Source: an uncultured Candidatus Rokubacteria bacterium
Lineage (GTDB): Bacteria; Methylomirabilota; Methylomirabilia; Rokubacteriales; CSP1-6
Direction of reading: 5' to 3'
NCBI GenBank assembly: GCA_963754315.1
Contig: CAVWFS010000005.1
Coordinates: 190,384 to 254,383, forward strand
Length of the DNA stretch: 64,000 nucleotides
Both the position numbers and the translations under genes were made by a program. Positions 19,746 to 29,015 of this stretch are shown here, one piece after another (position 1 is the stretch's first letter; the number at the start of each line of letters is the position of its first letter). The notes under the pieces were generated by a model. That model did not search any database and had not been told where the DNA came from. It saw nothing but the letters and a program-made list of their open reading frames with translations.

Positions 19746-19759
19746 CTACACTAGTGTAG
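19746..19759. promoter_or_regulatory. Candidate operator upstream of chrB
   Basis: Perfect 14-bp palindrome CTACACTAGTGTAG starting 11 nt upstream of the chrB ATG, flanked by direct GTAGTGAT repeats. Confidence 0.35.
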
Positions 19760-19926
19760 TGATCATGTCAATACTAAAGTTAGGCCCGTCGCCCGTCTCG
19801 CTGGTCCCCGGGCTTAAGGGCGGCGAATCCGCGGCGGCGACCTTGCCGCCTCTCACGGACCGGCCGCGCGCTTCCAATCCCTTTGAGCGCTTTGACGCGG
19901 CCGGAGTGCCCTGCTAGGCTGCGCCA

Positions 19927-21090
19927 TTGACCAGCCCTTTCGTTCCCGGTTCGTCGCTTCGGATCGTGGGTGCACCGGGGGGACCTCTTGCCAGCCTGAC
20001 GTTTGCCGCCAAGGATCTCTTCGACGTGGCCGGGCATCCGACCGGCGGTGGCAACCCGGACTGGGCCCGGCAGTATCCCCTTCCGTCGCGTCACGCGTGG
20101 GCGGTGCAGCGCCTGCTCGATGCGGGGGCGACCTTGATCGGCAAGACCGTCACCGACGAGGTCTCCCTCGGCATCCTCGGCGAGAACCCCTTCCACGGTA
20201 CGCCGTTCAATCCGAGGGCGCCTGAGCGCACGCCCGGCGGATCCTCGTCGGGCTCTGCCTCGGCGGTGGCCCAGGGTCTCTGCGATGCTGCCTTGGGGAC
20301 CGACACCGGCGGATCGGTACGCGTGCCAGCGAGTTTTTGCGGACTTTACGGCATCCGACCTACCCACGGCCGGCTCGACCTCGCCGGCATGATGCCGCAG
20401 GCGCCCAGCTCCGACACGACCGGATGGTTCGCGCGCGATGCCCACACCTTCACCAAGGTTTCGGAGGTGTTGCTCTCGGAATCCATCCCGACCGGCTTGC
20501 CGACCAAGCTCGTGGTGGCTGTCGATGCCTTCGGTTTCGCGGATGGCGAGACAGCGGCGGCGCTAGAACCAATGGTGGGCAAGCTCTCCGCGCTGGTGCG
20601 GGAGGTCCGCGAGGATCTCCTGGCGCCGCCGGGCCTGTCGGTGTGGTCGCGCGCGCAGCGCACCTTGCAGTCCCACGAGGCCTGGCTCACCTTCAGGGAT
20701 TGGCTCGATCGCGATAACCCGCGCTTGCAGTTCAGCGTGGCACGCGGCCTGGCCCTCGCCAGCACCATTCCCGAGAGTGAGCGGCAATGGGCGGCGTTGA
20801 TGCGAGACGAGGCGCGCGCTCGGCTCGCCTGGCTGCTTCCGCCCGGAACCATCCTGTGTCTGCCGACTACGCCCTTCCCCGCCCCCGCGAAGGGACTCCC
20901 GCTCGGGACGCTCGACCCCCTGCGCGCGCGAATCAGCTGCCTGACGTCCCACGGAGGTCTGACCGGTGTGCCGCAGGTGAGCCTCCCGGGCGCGACTGTT
21001 GACGGGCTGCCCGTGGGGCTTTCCATCCTCGGTGCGCGCGGCAGCGACGCCGCGCTGGTGGCGGTGGCGAACGCGATGGCGGCCAGCTAA
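19927..21090 (+). CDS. Amidase (amidase-signature family)
   Basis: GGSSSGSASAV amidase signature and KDLFDVAG. TTG start at 19927. Confidence 0.85.
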   Translation: MTSPFVPGSSLRIVGAPGGPLASLTFAAKDLFDVAGHPTGGGNPDWARQYPLPSRHAWAVQRLLDAGATLIGKTVTDEVSLGILGENPFHGTPFNPRAPERTPGGSSSGSASAVAQGLCDAALGTDTGGSVRVPASFCGLYGIRPTHGRLDLAGMMPQAPSSDTTGWFARDAHTFTKVSEVLLSESIPTGLPTKLVVAVDAFGFADGETAAALEPMVGKLSALVREVREDLLAPPGLSVWSRAQRTLQSHEAWLTFRDWLDRDNPRLQFSVARGLALASTIPESERQWAALMRDEARARLAWLLPPGTILCLPTTPFPAPAKGLPLGTLDPLRARISCLTSHGGLTGVPQVSLPGATVDGLPVGLSILGARGSDAALVAVANAMAAS

Positions 21091-21142
21091 CCAACCCGAA
21101 GTGGCCCTCGGACGGCGCTGCCTTGTTGGGCGCGCTTTCTAT

Positions 21143-21171
21143 TTGACGATCGAGATGTTGAGGTTCAATAT
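21143..21171 (+). promoter_or_regulatory. Possible sigma70-like promoter of vapBC
   Basis: TTGACG, 17-nt spacer, CAATAT, in an AT-rich stretch ~40 nt upstream of vapB. Confidence 0.3.
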
Positions 21172-21209
21172 ACCTGAAAGGTAGACAGATTTCTAGCACG
21201 TGAAGAAAG

Positions 21210-21449
21210 ATGCTGAGTATAAAGGATAAAGAGGTTTATACCCTCGCGCGGAGCTTGGCCCGGGAGACCGGTGAGAACATGACCGCAGCGGTCAGGCAGG
21301 CCCTCCGGGAGCGCCTTGAGCGCGTGCGGCGGCGACGACCGAAGACCGATGAACTGCTAGCGATCGGTCGCAGGTGCACGGCGGCGCTCAAGGCTCCTCC
21401 GGTGGACCATGGTGAACTCCTCTACGATGAGCGTGGCCTGCCGCGATGA
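21210..21449 (+). CDS. vapB: Type II antitoxin, VapB/FitA-like
   Basis: 79-aa protein overlapping a PIN toxin gene by ATGA. The sequence ...ERLERVRRRR...LYDERGLP is typical of this antitoxin class. Confidence 0.75.
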   Translation: MLSIKDKEVYTLARSLARETGENMTAAVRQALRERLERVRRRRPKTDELLAIGRRCTAALKAPPVDHGELLYDERGLPR

Positions 21450-21835
21450 TCGTGGATAGCTCTGCGCTGCTGGCGATCCTCTTCAGCGAGGACGATGCGG
21501 ATCGCTACGCCGGCGCGATCACCGAGGCGGAGTCTTGCCGCATCTCGGCCGCGACGTTCGTCGAGTCGGCGGTCGTGGTCGATATGCAGACGGCGGAGAC
21601 TGGAGGCCGGCAACTCGATACCCTTCTGCGCCGGGCCGGGATCCTGATCGAGCCGCTCACCGAGGAGCAAGCCCATGTGGCTCGCCAGGCCTACGCTGAT
21701 TTCGGCAAGGGCCGGCATCCAGCGGGCTTGAACCTCGGGGACTGTTTCTCCTACGCGCTCGCCAAGGTCAGCGGCGAGCCACTGCTCTTCAAGGGCCAAG
21801 ACTTCAGCCAGACCGACATCACCTCGGCCCTGTGA
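21446..21835 (+). CDS. vapC: Type II toxin VapC (PIN domain ribonuclease)
   Basis: MIVDSSALLAIL start (first acidic residue), later LNLGDCFSYALA, 129 aa. Confidence 0.85.
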   Translation: MIVDSSALLAILFSEDDADRYAGAITEAESCRISAATFVESAVVVDMQTAETGGRQLDTLLRRAGILIEPLTEEQAHVARQAYADFGKGRHPAGLNLGDCFSYALAKVSGEPLLFKGQDFSQTDITSAL

Positions 21836-21991
21836 GACGCAACGAGAAGCGTCGCGGCATCACGACGGCCTCGAAGGACCGTCGCGGATCCGAATCGGGG
21901 CGCAAAGGCTAGCTCACGCTTCCACTGACGCCAGCTCAAGGACACACGGTGGTATTCTCGGTCCGACAGTGCTGAGCGGGAGGGAACCTTC

Positions 21992-23041
21992 ATGAGCCAT
22001 CGGATCTTGTTCGTGGGCGCAGGCGCGGTGGGAAGCTATCTGGCGTCGTTCTTTGCTCGGGCCGGGCACGACGTGACCGTCATCGACTCCTGGCCCGAAC
22101 AGGTGGAGACCATTCGCCAGCGCGGAGTCTCCGTCACCGGGCCGCACGAGCCGTTCACCGCGCGCTTCAAGACATTGCACGTGCACGAGGCCCAGCAACT
22201 CGGCGCGGACTTCGACATCGGCGTCGTCGCCATGAAGTCCTACGACACCGCCTGGGCCGCTCACCTCCTCGCGCCGCACGTGAAGCCCTCGGGCATCGTG
22301 ATCTGCGCGCAGAACTGCTGGAACGATCCTCTGGTGGCGTCGATTGCCGGGCCGGAGCGCACGGTGGGGCTCATCATGTCGGGCATCTCGGTGGCGATGT
22401 GGAAGCCGGGCGAGGTCGAGCGCGGGGCAGAGCGCGGCGCCGGCCATGTCGTGTTCCGGGCGGGCTCGCCTGATGGCCAGAGCACGCCGCATCTGCAGGC
22501 GGTCGCCGATCTCCTCTCGGTGGTCGATGCCGCGCAGACTACCGACAACCTGTGGGGCGAGCGCTGGGGCAAGCTCTGCATCAATGCCATGGGCAACCCC
22601 GTGCAGTCCATGACCGGTCTCGGCGGTCGCGACATTGCTTCGGAGCCCCGTGGCCGCGAAATCACCATCCGGCTGGGCTCGGAGTCGGCGCGCGTGGGCC
22701 TGGCCCTCGGCCATCGCGTCGTGAAATTCGGGGCCGCCCCGGCGGAGCAATGGGCCGAGGCCGGGACGAACCGCGACACCTACCGGGCCATCGACGCCGC
22801 CATCGTCCCCAAGGCCAGCTCCACCCGAAACTGGCGTTCATCCATGGCCCAGGACGTGATCAAGGGCCGCCGCACGGAGATCGAGTTCATGAACGGCTTC
22901 GTGGTGGCGCAGGGCAAGGAAGTCGGGGTGGAGGCCCCGGTGTCGAAGGCGGTGGTCGAGATCGTGCGCGAGATCGACTCCAAGCGCCGGAAACCGTCGC
23001 CCGATCACATCGAGGACGCGCTGAAGAAGGCCGGGCACTAA
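21992..23041 (+). CDS. panE: 2-dehydropantoate 2-reductase (ketopantoate reductase family)
   Basis: ILFVGAGAVGSYLA Rossmann motif, ApbA/PanE-like length and C-terminal domain. ATG is preceded by GGGAGGGA. Confidence 0.8.
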   Translation: MSHRILFVGAGAVGSYLASFFARAGHDVTVIDSWPEQVETIRQRGVSVTGPHEPFTARFKTLHVHEAQQLGADFDIGVVAMKSYDTAWAAHLLAPHVKPSGIVICAQNCWNDPLVASIAGPERTVGLIMSGISVAMWKPGEVERGAERGAGHVVFRAGSPDGQSTPHLQAVADLLSVVDAAQTTDNLWGERWGKLCINAMGNPVQSMTGLGGRDIASEPRGREITIRLGSESARVGLALGHRVVKFGAAPAEQWAEAGTNRDTYRAIDAAIVPKASSTRNWRSSMAQDVIKGRRTEIEFMNGFVVAQGKEVGVEAPVSKAVVEIVREIDSKRRKPSPDHIEDALKKAGH

Positions 23042-23128
23042 CCTGGAGGAGCCCCTGAAGCGGCTGCTCCAATTGGTGTTCTGATCTCGGCGTCCGCGGC
23101 TCGAGCTGTGTCCATCGTCGCTGCGCCA

Positions 23129-24595
23129 TCAGCGGCTGGGCGCCGGGCGTGCGGGGCCGTCCAGGAATTCGAGAATGTCGGCACGCTGCTGCTCCAGCAC
23201 CTTGGTGGCGGCGGTGGCCAGCAACTCGCGGTCGCATTTGGAGGGGATGTAAAAGCGCGTCGGGATCTGGGCGACGCGCTCTACCACGTCGGCGGGGGTC
23301 CTCAGCGGCGGCGACTCGCCACGGCACGCCTCGGGCAGATCGGAGAGATCGGCCCGCCACTCTGCGTCGATATGGCGGAGCAGGATGACCCGCGCCGTGT
23401 CGCGATTAGGGAACACCTCCTCGAACTGCAGGGTGTTGAAGAACAGGGCCTGATAGGTGGTGGCTCGCTCTTCCATGATGCTGGGAATCCGCGAAAGGTC
23501 GAAGGTCAACAGCGAGAACGGCTCCGCCCGACGGTTGAGCCGCCGGTCCCCCACCGAGAACGGAAATGAGCTGTCGAAGGCCAGGATGAGCATCCGCCGC
23601 GCCTTCTTCTCTTGGAGTTGGTTCAGGAACACGAACAGGAGCGACTCGATGCCCTGGTTTTCATAGAGCCCGCCGTCCCCGGCGTGCCAGTAGGTCTCCT
23701 CGCCTCGGACCCGCAAGGTGATGGGGCCGACCAGCGGCGGGAATGAGGCCGACGCGGTAACCATCGCGGCCAGGCGCATCGGGCACGGGTCCATGTTGAT
23801 CTCGAGCGGCGTCATGGGACGCAGTAACTCCCAGCGTTTGATCAGCATCGGCGGGATCTCTGCCCGGCGCCCCTGTCGCGCCAGCGACTCCCGTAGCGCC
23901 TGGGAGAAGTCGTAGCTAAATGCTTCCGACGGCAAGCTGGTCGCCGCCATGCGGCGCCCGTTGTTGTAGAGCGTGGTGTTGACGACCAGCCCCGGCGTGT
24001 CCCCGGCTGCCTGCCGCTGGCTCAAGTCCCCCTGGGTCACTCCGCCCAGCAGGCGCTCGGTGAGAATCTCGAACAGCGAGGTGGCGGCAAGGGATGAGTT
24101 CAGCCAGCGGAACGAGCCGAGCTGGCGCCAGATCAGCGCGCTCTCGAAGTCCTGGCTCAGCTTGACTCGATACTCGTCGAAGAACGCGCGGTAGGGGTCT
24201 GACAGGCCAGCGGCGGACGTGAGCACCGGTACGTCCTTCGGAGGCTTGTTGATGGCGTAGTAGCTGGCGGCCAGACTGCCCCCCGAGACGCTCGACAGGA
24301 GCGAGACCTGCTCGAGCAGTGACGATCCGGCCGCCGTCCGGACACTGCTCAGCGCCTCGAGGCCGGCCGCCCCGTAGAGCGCGGCGCGACTGCCACCACC
24401 GGAGAGGGCCACTCCCACCAGCACGTCGCGCTCCGGCATGGGCACCAGACAGGGCGTCTCAGAGGTCGCGCGCGCCACCTCGTAGACCCGCGCCGTCGCG
24501 CATCCGGTCAGGAGCAGCGCGCCGATCAGCCAGCCAGTGGCGCGCGCCATTGAGAAGAGTAGCTTCGTCAGTTCCATGGGTCGTGTCCTGGTCAT
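23129..24595 (-). CDS. Patatin-like phospholipase, predicted lipoprotein
   Basis: GVALSGGGSRA oxyanion motif, SVSGGS (GxSxG) and AGDGGLYEN (DGG). Lipobox LLLTGC after ATG 24595. Confidence 0.85.
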   Translation of the reverse strand: MTRTRPMELTKLLFSMARATGWLIGALLLTGCATARVYEVARATSETPCLVPMPERDVLVGVALSGGGSRAALYGAAGLEALSSVRTAAGSSLLEQVSLLSSVSGGSLAASYYAINKPPKDVPVLTSAAGLSDPYRAFFDEYRVKLSQDFESALIWRQLGSFRWLNSSLAATSLFEILTERLLGGVTQGDLSQRQAAGDTPGLVVNTTLYNNGRRMAATSLPSEAFSYDFSQALRESLARQGRRAEIPPMLIKRWELLRPMTPLEINMDPCPMRLAAMVTASASFPPLVGPITLRVRGEETYWHAGDGGLYENQGIESLLFVFLNQLQEKKARRMLILAFDSSFPFSVGDRRLNRRAEPFSLLTFDLSRIPSIMEERATTYQALFFNTLQFEEVFPNRDTARVILLRHIDAEWRADLSDLPEACRGESPPLRTPADVVERVAQIPTRFYIPSKCDRELLATAATKVLEQQRADILEFLDGPARPAPSR

Positions 24596-24691
24596 CGGAA
24601 TCTCCTCAGAGATCGAGCGTCCGGCGTGGCGGAGCGCCATATCGTACCGCACCACATCCGACACTCGCCACGCCCAGCGGGGGCTGCCTAA

Positions 24692-24790
24692 CCTCCGAAG
24701 TTCGAACTGACGATCAACCTCAAGACCGCGAAAGCTCTCGGCATGATGCTGCCGCCCTCCGTGCTCGCGAGAGCGGATCAGGTCGTACTA
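24692..24790 (+). pseudogene. C-terminal remnant of an ABC-transporter substrate-binding protein
   Basis: Translates to [31 protein letters not shown] directly after a stop codon. This is the conserved C-terminal tail of a widespread SBP family. No upstream body is present. Confidence 0.45.
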
Positions 24791-25061
24791 GCGACCGACC
24801 GCCGGTTGACGGTGGTCGTTGGGCAGCCCTCGTGACGGGCGACGGAGCAACATGAAGCGAGCCCTGACCAGACTGGCGGCGGGCGTCGTGCCCCTTTGCC
24901 GTGTCCCTTGGCGCATAGGCGCAGCGACCGACCGATGTCCCACGCATAGGGTTTCGCAGCGTCGCCGCTCCGAAATCTGCACAGTACCGGCAAGGGCTAC
25001 GCGAGCACGGATACGTTGAAGGCGCGAATTAGAGCTCCGGGTGAAGACGAAAGGCACTCCC

Positions 25062-27054
25062 CTACTGATACAGGACAATGGTGTCGCTGCGCACGGCCGA
25101 TGTCACGCCGGCGTCGTTGCGCAACTGGAGGTAGACACGCTTGGTTGCGGTGCCGGGGCTCAAGGTAAAGGTCGGTACGGGGGTATACAGCAGCCAGACA
25201 GCGCCCGCGAACGTCGATGACTCGCTCGCCCGGTACGCGGTGGGCGCCGTGTCGCCGGTGGCGACGTGGTTGAGGGTGACGGTCGGGCTCGTGGTGCTCC
25301 CGGCTCCCCCGTTGATGGCGAAGGTGCCCAACACGGGGGCCGGCTCCAGGAGGTTGATGGTGTCGCTGCGGGCCGTGGAGGGTCCGGCCTGGTTACGCGC
25401 CTGGAAGTACACGCGTTTCGTCGCGTTGCCCTGACTCAGCAGGAAGGTCGGCGCCGAGGAGTACGGCAGCCAGACAGCGTCCGCGAACGTCGCCGACTCG
25501 CTCGCCCGGTACTCGCGACGGGTTGTTCGAGGCGGTATGGTTCAAGGTGATCGTGCGGTCGGTGGTCGTGTTCGCGCCGCCATTGAGGGCGTACGCAGTG
25601 ACGTTCGGCGCGGGCTCACTGAGCGTAATGGTGTCACTGACCACCGTGGACTCGTCCAGGGAGGCGTTGCGCACCTGGAAGTACACCAGCTTGCTCCCGT
25701 TGGCTCCAGTCATCGAGAAGGTCGGCGCCGCGGAGTACGGTGCCCAGGCCGCGCCGGCGAAGTTGGCCGCCTCACTGGCCCGGTATTCGGTCGGGGTGCC
25801 GCTGACGGCGTTGCTCAGGGTGACGACGCGATTCGCGGTGCTGGTCGCCCCAGAGTTCAGCGCAAAGCTGAGGATCGTCGGCGGCGTGTCCGGCGGCGGC
25901 GGGCCGCCGGCGCCGCTCAGCCCGGCGAACTGATAGATCTGCACGCCGAGCCGCCCGGCCGCGAAGTACGCCAGGTCCCCCTCGATTCTCACGCCCATGA
26001 TCTGGCCCACCACCACGCCATGGGGGTCCACGGGGTCCACGGGGAGCGTCGCCACGTTCGTCATGGCAAGGGGATTCCTGACGTCAACGACGTTGAACTC
26101 GCCGGTGTTCCGGCCGCCGCCGTAGACCAGATAGTCGCCGCCCGCGCCGAGCGCGAGCCCCCCCTGGTCGATGCCGACGAACGGGATCGTCGACGGTATG
26201 TAGCCGCACGCGGGGCAGGTCGCGTGGGCCGTTGACACGTCCGGGCTCAGGGACAAGATGGGCACCGTGTAGATGCCGGAGGCGGGCCCGTACGCGCTCA
26301 GCATGAAGATGACGGCGCGATCGGGGTCGACGTCGACCTTGACGTCGACCTTGAGGACGTACGGCGCGTAGTGCGTTCCCCGGAAGACCGGCGAGCGCGC
26401 ATTGGAAACGTCGTGGTAATAGATCCGGCCATAGGCCCAGTCGGTCGTGATCAGGATGCTGCCCTTCACTGTGGCGCCCGAGGCCTTGGCGTTGCCCGCG
26501 GTGACGTAGGTGTTGAGGTTGTGCAGCCCTGTCGCGTCGGGGCCCGGTGTCCTCCACGCCGGAAGCCCGAGGACAGCGTGCCGCACGGGGTTGGTGGGAT
26601 GTTCGATGTCGAACACGTAGAGCTCGCCCGCGAAGCTCGGCACGAACGCGACGTTGTCCTTGAGCGCGACGTCGTAGGCGTACGGCGCGGGCCTCGTGGC
26701 CACCAGGACCAGCGCGTCGGGATCACTGATATCGACTACGCGGAATCCGCCCGTGACCCCGGCCAGATAGGCGTACTGCCCCCGGACCTTGATGCCCATG
26801 TTGGCGCTGGTGGTGGGCAGCGAGCCCCGCGGCTGCATCGTCGAGAGGTCGACCACGGTCAGTCCCGCGTCGGTGGCCACGTACATGAAGCCGTCTTTGA
26901 GGTCGAGGTCGTGCGCCACCGAGCCGATGGGAACCGTCGTCAATCGATTCAACGGCCCATCCGCGGACGCCGGGACCACCCCCGCGACCACGATGGCGGC
27001 GAGCGCGAACATCGTCTGAAAAAAAGCTCTCTTCGGCGTGTCACCTGTCGACAT
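25062..27054 (-). CDS. Secreted LVIVD-repeat beta-propeller protein with three C-terminal ~90-aa tandem domains (apparent 1-nt frameshift near 25512)
   Basis: Signal peptide (MFALAAIVVAGVVPASA). Repeated YVA../VVDIS-type propeller units. ORFs 25393..27309 and 25062..25412 join when the frame is shifted inside repeat 2 (NNPSR/YRASES). Confidence 0.7.
25065..25884 (-). repeat. Three tandem coding repeats of ~270-279 nt
   Basis: The units are roughly 25884-25615, 25614-25344 and 25343-25065. Each encodes P.P....FA(L/I)N.GA..T....VTL.....G.P..YRASE...F..A.W..Y...PTF.L....G.K.VY.Q.RN......V.SDTI.L. Confidence 0.8.
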
Positions 27055-27346
27055 TCTGGTCTCACTCACTCTCGGGGTATGGGCAGATAGGCTCGGATGC
27101 GAACACGTTCGCGCAGAGTATCGCAATGGGTAACCCGGGTGGTGTAGCAACCGCAGCGCCAGCACTGGCAAGCAGGAGAATTGGGGGGTTCCTGCGCTGG
27201 CCGCCAAAAACAAGCCCACGGAGCTACCGTTTATGGGTGAGGCACAGGAGATTTTGGGAGGTGGGTCGCAGCGCCGAGTCAGTTCGCGTCTGGTCGTCGA
27301 GGGAGCCAAAGTCAGAGGTGCTTCAGAATTTCGCGGATCGATCGAG

Positions 27347-27369
27347 TTGACAGATCAAGAAGACTTGAT
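27347..27369 (+). promoter_or_regulatory. Candidate arsR promoter and operator
   Basis: TTGACA (27347..27352) followed by the palindrome ATCAAG-AAGA-CTTGAT (27354..27369), abutting the arsR start. Confidence 0.45.
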
Positions 27370-27711
27370 ATGATGGTGCTTGGGATGTCACTCTCGCTCG
27401 GCAGGGACCTCGAGCAGGCTCAGCGCTGGTTTCACGCGCTGAGCGACGAGACCCGACTTCAGCTACTGGAGCTGCTGCGTGGCGGTGAGCAATGCGTGTG
27501 CGACCTCACCGACGCGCTCGACGCCGCCCAGTCCCGTCTCTCATTCCATCTCAAGACGCTGAAGGACGCCGGCTTGGTCACCGACCGGAAGCAAGGCCGG
27601 TGGGTGTATTACGCGCTGAATCCCCAGGTGTTCGACGAGATCACTGAGTTCATGACCGAGTTGCGCCCGAAGCCGACCAGCTTCCGGCTCGCGCCACGTC
27701 GATGCGACTGA
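27370..27711 (+). CDS. arsR: ArsR/SmtB family metalloregulator
   Basis: LSDETRLQLLELL...EQCVCDLTDAL (CVC As(III) site in the HTH), wHTH, HLKTLKDAGLV. Confidence 0.9.
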   Translation: MMVLGMSLSLGRDLEQAQRWFHALSDETRLQLLELLRGGEQCVCDLTDALDAAQSRLSFHLKTLKDAGLVTDRKQGRWVYYALNPQVFDEITEFMTELRPKPTSFRLAPRRCD

Positions 27712-27732
27712 TCCCTTTTTTTGCGCTGAGAT

Positions 27733-27748
27733 ATCAAGAACTCTTGAT
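27733..27748 (+). promoter_or_regulatory. Second ArsR-type operator-like palindrome
   Basis: ATCAAGA-AC-TCTTGAT sits between arsR and arsC and shares half-sites with the palindrome at 27354..27369. Confidence 0.4.
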
Positions 27749-27778
27749 GAGATGGCGGCCCACCGGATGGGTTGCTCT

Positions 27779-28220
27779 ATGAAGCCACGAGTGCTCTTCC
27801 TCTGCACCCACAACTCGGCCCGAAGCCAGATGGCCGAGGGGTACTTGCGTCACCTGGCCGGCGATCGGTTCGAGGTGGCCAGCGCCGGCACTGAGGCGCG
27901 CGGGGTGCACCCGTCGGCTGTGCGCGTCATGGCGGAGGATGGCATCGATATCTCCGGGCAACGCGCCAAGACGCTGGACCGATTTGTCAAAGAGACCTGG
28001 GATTACGTGGTGACAGTCTGCGACAGCGCGAACGAGGCCTGCCCGCTCTTTCCGAGAGCGGCGACGCGGCTGCACTGGAGCTTTGACGATCCGTCCCGGG
28101 CGCGCGGGAGTGATGAGGAGCAACATGACGGTGTTCCGCCGCGTGCGTGACGAGATCAAGACCGCGATAACGACGTGGCTGCAGCAATCCGCGATCCGCG
28201 TCGAGGCGGGGTCGTCATGA
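27779..28220 (+). CDS. arsC: Thioredoxin-coupled arsenate reductase (LMW-PTP type), apparent 1-nt frameshift near 28122
   Basis: VLFLCTHNSARSQMAEGY P-loop and VCDSANEAC cysteine pair. The conserved C-terminal helix MTVFRRVRDEIKTAITTWL lies in the +1 frame and ends in an ATGA overlap with the next gene. Confidence 0.8.
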
Positions 28221-28981
28221 CATCGGCCGCCGTCGATCCTCGAAACTTGAGCCGCCGTCTGGTGGCGGAAGGCGCGGGCACGGCGTTGCTGCTGGCCGCC
28301 GTCGTCGGATCGGGGATCATGGGTGAGCGGTTGGCCGGCGGCAACGTCGCCGTCGCCCTGCTCGCCAACACGCTCGCCACTGGCGCGGCGCTCGTCGCTC
28401 TCATCCTGACCTTCGGACCAATCTCCGGAGCCCACTTCAACCCCGCGGTGACCTTGGCCGACGCCTCCCAGGGAGGCCTGCCGTGGCGCGATGTCCCACC
28501 CTATCTCGCCGCCCAGGTGCTCGGAGCCTTCGCCGGGGTGGCCGCGGCCCACCTCATGTTCGGCGAGCCACTGTACTTCGCGTCTCGCCATGCGCGCGCG
28601 GGAGCGGCCCAGGCGTTCAGTGAGTTCGTGGCGACCTTCGGCCTGCTGGCCGTGATCTGGGGCTGCGTACGATCACGGGCTTCCGTGGTGGCATTCGCCG
28701 TCGCCGCGTACATCACCGCGGCGTACTGGTTCACGGCGTCCACCTCCTTCGCAAACCCGGCGGTCACGCTGGCCCGCTCGGCGAGCGACACCTTCGCGGG
28801 GATCCGCCCGGCAGATGCGCCGCTCTTCATCGTGGCTCAGCTCGCCGGCGCGGGGGCGGCCACCGCGCTGTTCCGCTGGCTGGTGCCGGCGCTGCCGACA
28901 GTCGCGTCAGCGGTGACCGTGCCGCCCGCTCTGGCCGACGACCGCGACGTACCCGCGGCACGGGCCAACCGTACGCGATGA
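28217..28981 (+). CDS. MIP-family aquaglyceroporin (AqpS/GlpF-like arsenite channel)
   Basis: Two NPA boxes (HFNPAVT, FANPAVT), six TM segments, located in the ars operon. Confidence 0.85.
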   Translation: MTSAAVDPRNLSRRLVAEGAGTALLLAAVVGSGIMGERLAGGNVAVALLANTLATGAALVALILTFGPISGAHFNPAVTLADASQGGLPWRDVPPYLAAQVLGAFAGVAAAHLMFGEPLYFASRHARAGAAQAFSEFVATFGLLAVIWGCVRSRASVVAFAVAAYITAAYWFTASTSFANPAVTLARSASDTFAGIRPADAPLFIVAQLAGAGAATALFRWLVPALPTVASAVTVPPALADDRDVPAARANRTR

Positions 28982-29015
28982 CTCTCCCAGGCCCATCGGC
29001 TCGATTCAGGAGGCT

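Noticed and set aside
25065-25884. Tandem repeats considered as a CRISPR array or a DGR template/variable repeat pair
   Set aside because: The units are ~270 nt, contiguous with no spacers, and in-frame coding. Differences are not adenine-specific. No cas gene or reverse transcriptase is present in the window.
27369-27374. TATGAT taken as the arsR -10 box, giving a firm promoter call
   Set aside because: It overlaps the annotated ATG (27370), so it only makes sense if translation starts downstream. It is left as a remark because there is no transcript evidence.
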